From Candidatus Woesearchaeota archaeon (GTDB lineage Archaea; Nanobdellota; Nanobdellia; Woesearchaeales; JABGUJ01): DNA of 64,000 nt. Position 1 is the first letter of the stretch; the number at the start of each line of letters is the position of its first letter. The stretch covers positions 62,001 through 126,000 of the forward strand of contig JABGUJ010000004.1 of the NCBI GenBank assembly GCA_018646625.1. Direction: 5' to 3'. A program made the translations under genes and the position numbers. Shown here one piece after another: positions 60,601 to 64,000 of the stretch. The notes beneath the pieces were generated by a model that did not search any database, had not been told where the DNA came from, and worked only from the letters and a program-made list of their open reading frames with translations.

Positions 60601-61038
60601 ATGAGTAGTGACGGAAATTTAGGTGACGTTGTAAACGTCACATTGGTAAACGCAGAGGTTCTTGCAGCGCAACAAGTGCACAAAGCATTAACTGCAGACG
60701 GCAACAACGGAAGATACCGGTTTACATTTGGCAACACCCAACTTACAACGCCAGAAACTTTACTGGCTAGAGCAGATATTCTAATAGTTCAAGGAGACTA
60801 CACGAACGGGCAAACACCTGCGCTTATTGGTGCTGCAAGAGAAACACCTGTAATTGTTATGTCATATGAAGGTAGAGATGCAAGAACTGTTGCATACGAT
60901 CAAGGCGCAAAAGGATATATTGACCTGATAAGAAGACAAGATCCTTTAGATGTTGTAGAGGATGTTTTAGCTTCTGGAGAAGATACTGAACATTTTTTCT
61001 ACAAAATGAGAAAATCTCGGCAAGAGCGACCAAGTTAA
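60601..61038 (+). CDS. Degenerate receiver-domain protein, paralogue of the upstream gene
   Basis: GAGGTGA RBS; ADILIV, PVIVMSY, AYDQGAKGYI, DVLASGED (compare DVLTVGKD upstream). Confidence 0.62.
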   Translation: MSSDGNLGDVVNVTLVNAEVLAAQQVHKALTADGNNGRYRFTFGNTQLTTPETLLARADILIVQGDYTNGQTPALIGAARETPVIVMSYEGRDARTVAYDQGAKGYIDLIRRQDPLDVVEDVLASGEDTEHFFYKMRKSRQERPS

Positions 61039-62894
61039 TCGTTTCTTAACTTTAATTTTGTTCTTTTGAATCTGCTCTTATAGAGTAGAACTTTCTTTCC
61101 AATTTTCGTCAGAATTAGAACAATAAGAACTAAGCAAACTAACCCAATCAAACCATAAAGAATATTGTACACTATTTGATAGTCGAACGGTTCTGCCTCA
61201 CTAACTAGAACAGCCCCTCCGACATTAATGACTTCTTTACTAAAATAAATATCTAGATTACTCAACTCTAGTGCATATTCTAGATAAAGTAACGCGGAGA
61301 ATTGATCTCCTCTTTGTTGTAATGTTTGTGCATATTCATAATAACTATATGCCATTATAGGAAAAGTTCCATCCTCTATTTGATCAATTAAACTTCTTCT
61401 CGCAGCCTCAATTTTACGAGTAACGGACTTATCAACTTTCTCCATTGCAAGATTCATTGTACTCAAAATTAAATTACTTTTAGCTTTAGTTTTACTCGCT
61501 CTAAACAAACATCGGGCATTATTTCCATCTTCATAATCCTTGTAGATTGAGTTGATATCTTCTCTAAGATTCTTCAACAGATTTGGAAAAAACAAATTAA
61601 CATAGTTGTATCTCTCCTCTGCTTCGTAAATTTTACTCAAACAACTTGCTTTCAGCCTGCCTTTTTCAAAATCAAACTTTTGACCTTGGTGATTATAGAA
61701 TTCTGACCAAGCATATGCGCTATACAATCTCTCAGTAGAAAATGCCAACACATAATATGTTTTATTCAACTGATCTGCCTCAATTGCTTCTCGTAAAGTT
61801 TCTAAATTCTCATCTACTTCTAATAATCTATCCATTACAATATTATACGCTTGCAAGTCTGCAATAGTTTCAATTGGGTTTTCATTCAAGAAATCAAACA
61901 ACTTCTTTTGATCTTCACGGATAGAAGATGCTTGAGAATTAACTTCACTAAAATTAAATTCATAAACTGATAAATATAATGTATTCAAATTAACATTTGC
62001 ACCAAAACACAAACTTGCAGATGAATAATGATCTCCTTGTTCTTTCTCCAACTTTGCTTGATTAGTAGAATTAACTGCAGCATCCATCAAAACCTGAAAA
62101 CCATCGTTCAACTCAAACCCTTCTATCTTCTCAAACAATATATTACTTCTCTCGCACAGATCAGAAGAAAGTTTCTGCATTATTCTGTCATAATTCTCAT
62201 TAACTTCCAATACTTTATCTCCTCTTTCTTTCGAAACGCCTGTAAAATGAAACAATGCTTCGTCGATATCTCCTATTTCTACTACTTCAATACCTAACTC
62301 TTCCCCTACAATAGACAAATCAACTGTGCTGTTATCTTTGTCAACATAAGTCATGGTGCCGACAGGAATCAAAACCTTTTTGATGCCATTTTTGCTAGCT
62401 ACTTCCATCTTTTCTTTTATGCCTGAAACAGGACCAATCAAAAACCCTGAATTAATAGTACCAGTAAGAGCCACAGTCTTATCAATTGGCAAGCCTTCTA
62501 ACATTGCAACTGTCAACACACCAATAGCTGCACTAGCACTTGGTCCGCCAACTAACGTTGATGAACTAGTTATTGCGTATAAAAAATCATGATTATTACA
62601 ATCTGCATCGGCATACTTACATGCCATCTCTTTTGCAAACCTTGTAGAAATTTGAGTGTCTAATTTAGTTGAAGGGAATGTGTTAAGAAAAATCTCGCCA
62701 ACACCTGGACGAATCTCCAGTTCTAACTTAGCCAATTGACCTTTGTATTCACCTTCTGCTGTCTCGGCTACTGCCAACAACAACATTCCTTCTTTCTTTA
62801 CGCCACTCAAACTAACGGCATTAGCTAAATAACTAAGAGAAACAACTACTAGAATTACTAATATTATACTAAAAAGTGCTTTCTTTGCAACCAT
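61035..62894 (-). CDS. Archaeal Lon-like (S16) serine protease without ATPase domain, membrane-anchored
   Basis: VGGPSASAA (catalytic Ser), LTGTINSGFLIGPVSGIKEK (Lys), KKVLIP; N-terminal signal and C-terminal TM. Confidence 0.9.
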   Translation of the reverse strand: MVAKKALFSIILVILVVVSLSYLANAVSLSGVKKEGMLLLAVAETAEGEYKGQLAKLELEIRPGVGEIFLNTFPSTKLDTQISTRFAKEMACKYADADCNNHDFLYAITSSSTLVGGPSASAAIGVLTVAMLEGLPIDKTVALTGTINSGFLIGPVSGIKEKMEVASKNGIKKVLIPVGTMTYVDKDNSTVDLSIVGEELGIEVVEIGDIDEALFHFTGVSKERGDKVLEVNENYDRIMQKLSSDLCERSNILFEKIEGFELNDGFQVLMDAAVNSTNQAKLEKEQGDHYSSASLCFGANVNLNTLYLSVYEFNFSEVNSQASSIREDQKKLFDFLNENPIETIADLQAYNIVMDRLLEVDENLETLREAIEADQLNKTYYVLAFSTERLYSAYAWSEFYNHQGQKFDFEKGRLKASCLSKIYEAEERYNYVNLFFPNLLKNLREDINSIYKDYEDGNNARCLFRASKTKAKSNLILSTMNLAMEKVDKSVTRKIEAARRSLIDQIEDGTFPIMAYSYYEYAQTLQQRGDQFSALLYLEYALELSNLDIYFSKEVINVGGAVLVSEAEPFDYQIVYNILYGLIGLVCLVLIVLILTKIGKKVLLYKSRFKRTKLKLRND

Positions 62895-63055
62895 TAGTCC
62901 CCCCTTACGTATTCTCGAGTAGCACTACTATATAAAATTATCTTCAATCTGCCCTTTTTCCGCAAATAGAGCCCGTCTAACCCTTATCTTGTCCATAAAA
63001 GCCCTTAGAGAGAGTTTGCTAAAGATTTAAATAGAGTTTCTAAATTCCACTTCCT

Positions 63056-64000
63056 ATGGCATATGAGTTAATTATCACCGAAAAACCTTCTGCTGCAAAG
63101 AAAGTTGCTGAAAGTTTAGCGGATGGCAAGCCAATAAAGAAGAGTAATAATGGTGTTCCATATTACGATGTAACTCGCGGTAACAGAGACATTATGGTTG
63201 CCAGTGCGGTTGGTCATCTATATACTGTAACTGAAGCAGAAAAAGGCAAGTGGACCTACCCTGTTTTTGATGTTAAATGGGAACAATCCTCCAAAGTAGA
63301 TAAAAACTCAGCTTACACTTCTAAATATGTAACCACAATCAAAAAGTTAGCTAAAGAAGCTGACGAATTCACGATTGCAACTGACTATGATATCGAAGGA
63401 GAAGTCATAGGACTTAATATTCTAAAATTTGCTTGTAAAAAGAAAGACGGTAACAGAATGAAATACAGTACCGTTACCAAACCTGACTTGATAAAAGCTT
63501 ATGAAAATAAATCTAAAACACTTGATTGGGGCCAAGCAATCGCCGGCGTTACACGACATGAACTTGATTGGTATTATGGTATCAATTTAAGCCGAGCACT
63601 AACCCTTGCGGTAAAAACCACCGGCACTTTTCAATTACTAAGTTCGGGTAGAGTTCAAGGACCTGCACTAAAGGTTCTAGTTGATAAAGAAAAGGAAATC
63701 AAAGCATTTGTTCCTGATCCTTACTGGCAAGTTGAATTACACACTACGATTAAAGACGCGCCTTTAGTTGCATTACATGAAACTGATAAATTCTGGAAAA
63801 AAGAAGAATCTGAATCGGTGATGAACAATGTTAAAGGCCAAAAAGAAACTACTGTCGACAGTATTGATAGAAAACAATTTCAACAAACGCCACCATGTCC
63901 TTTCGACTTAACTACATTACAGACTGAAACTTATAGAAGTATGAGGATACAACCTAAAGATACTCTTGCTGCAGCTCAAGAACTTTACACTGCGGGATTA
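63056..64000 (+). CDS. topA: DNA topoisomerase I (type IA), 3'-partial; absent from the ORF track
   Basis: MAYELIITEKPSAAKKVA, SAVGHLY, ATDYDIEGEVIG, DWYYGINLSRAL, SSGRVQGPAL, PFDLTTLQTE; TTTAAATA 30 nt upstream. Confidence 0.96.
   Translation, partial: MAYELIITEKPSAAKKVAESLADGKPIKKSNNGVPYYDVTRGNRDIMVASAVGHLYTVTEAEKGKWTYPVFDVKWEQSSKVDKNSAYTSKYVTTIKKLAKEADEFTIATDYDIEGEVIGLNILKFACKKKDGNRMKYSTVTKPDLIKAYENKSKTLDWGQAIAGVTRHELDWYYGINLSRALTLAVKTTGTFQLLSSGRVQGPALKVLVDKEKEIKAFVPDPYWQVELHTTIKDAPLVALHETDKFWKKEESESVMNNVKGQKETTVDSIDRKQFQQTPPCPFDLTTLQTETYRSMRIQPKDTLAAAQELYTAGL

Overview
AT-rich archaeal DNA, most likely a DPANN (Woesearchaeota/Nanobdellota-like) lineage. This is inferred from TATA boxes about 30 nt before leaderless ATGs, GAGGTGA ribosome-binding sites, a BHB-intron tRNA, TrmB/Lrp regulators, an ATPase-less Lon-like protease and an archaeal-type TopA. 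The first 40 kb hold three co-oriented giant cell-surface protein genes: >7370 aa (5'-truncated by the window), about 1960 aa with a C-terminal membrane anchor, and 3989 aa with an embedded S8 subtilase. They are built from beta-helix (NosD-like), Ig/carboxypeptidase-regulatory-like, Cys/Asp-rich and lectin-like modules. A small domain ending in (H/S/G/E/N)-F-S, resembling GAIN/ZU5/Nup98 autoproteolysis sites, recurs about 13 times in the two largest proteins, which also share a colinear 288-aa C-terminus. The last 24 kb are densely packed housekeeping and accessory genes: MEMO1, ahcY, two MFS transporters, Lrp, a Kazal lipoprotein, HAD, adenosine kinase, a Cas4-like nuclease, HD hydrolase plus minimal DNA ligase, TrmB, a solute-binding protein, a Ski2/HelY helicase, an OMP-like protein, PLD, two degenerate receiver domains, a Lon-like protease and partial topA. 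This part also has an unusual tRNA (CAA anticodon, Ser-like body, T-loop intron, upstream relic copy) and a candidate sRNA. All family calls are by motif recognition by eye; no searches were run.
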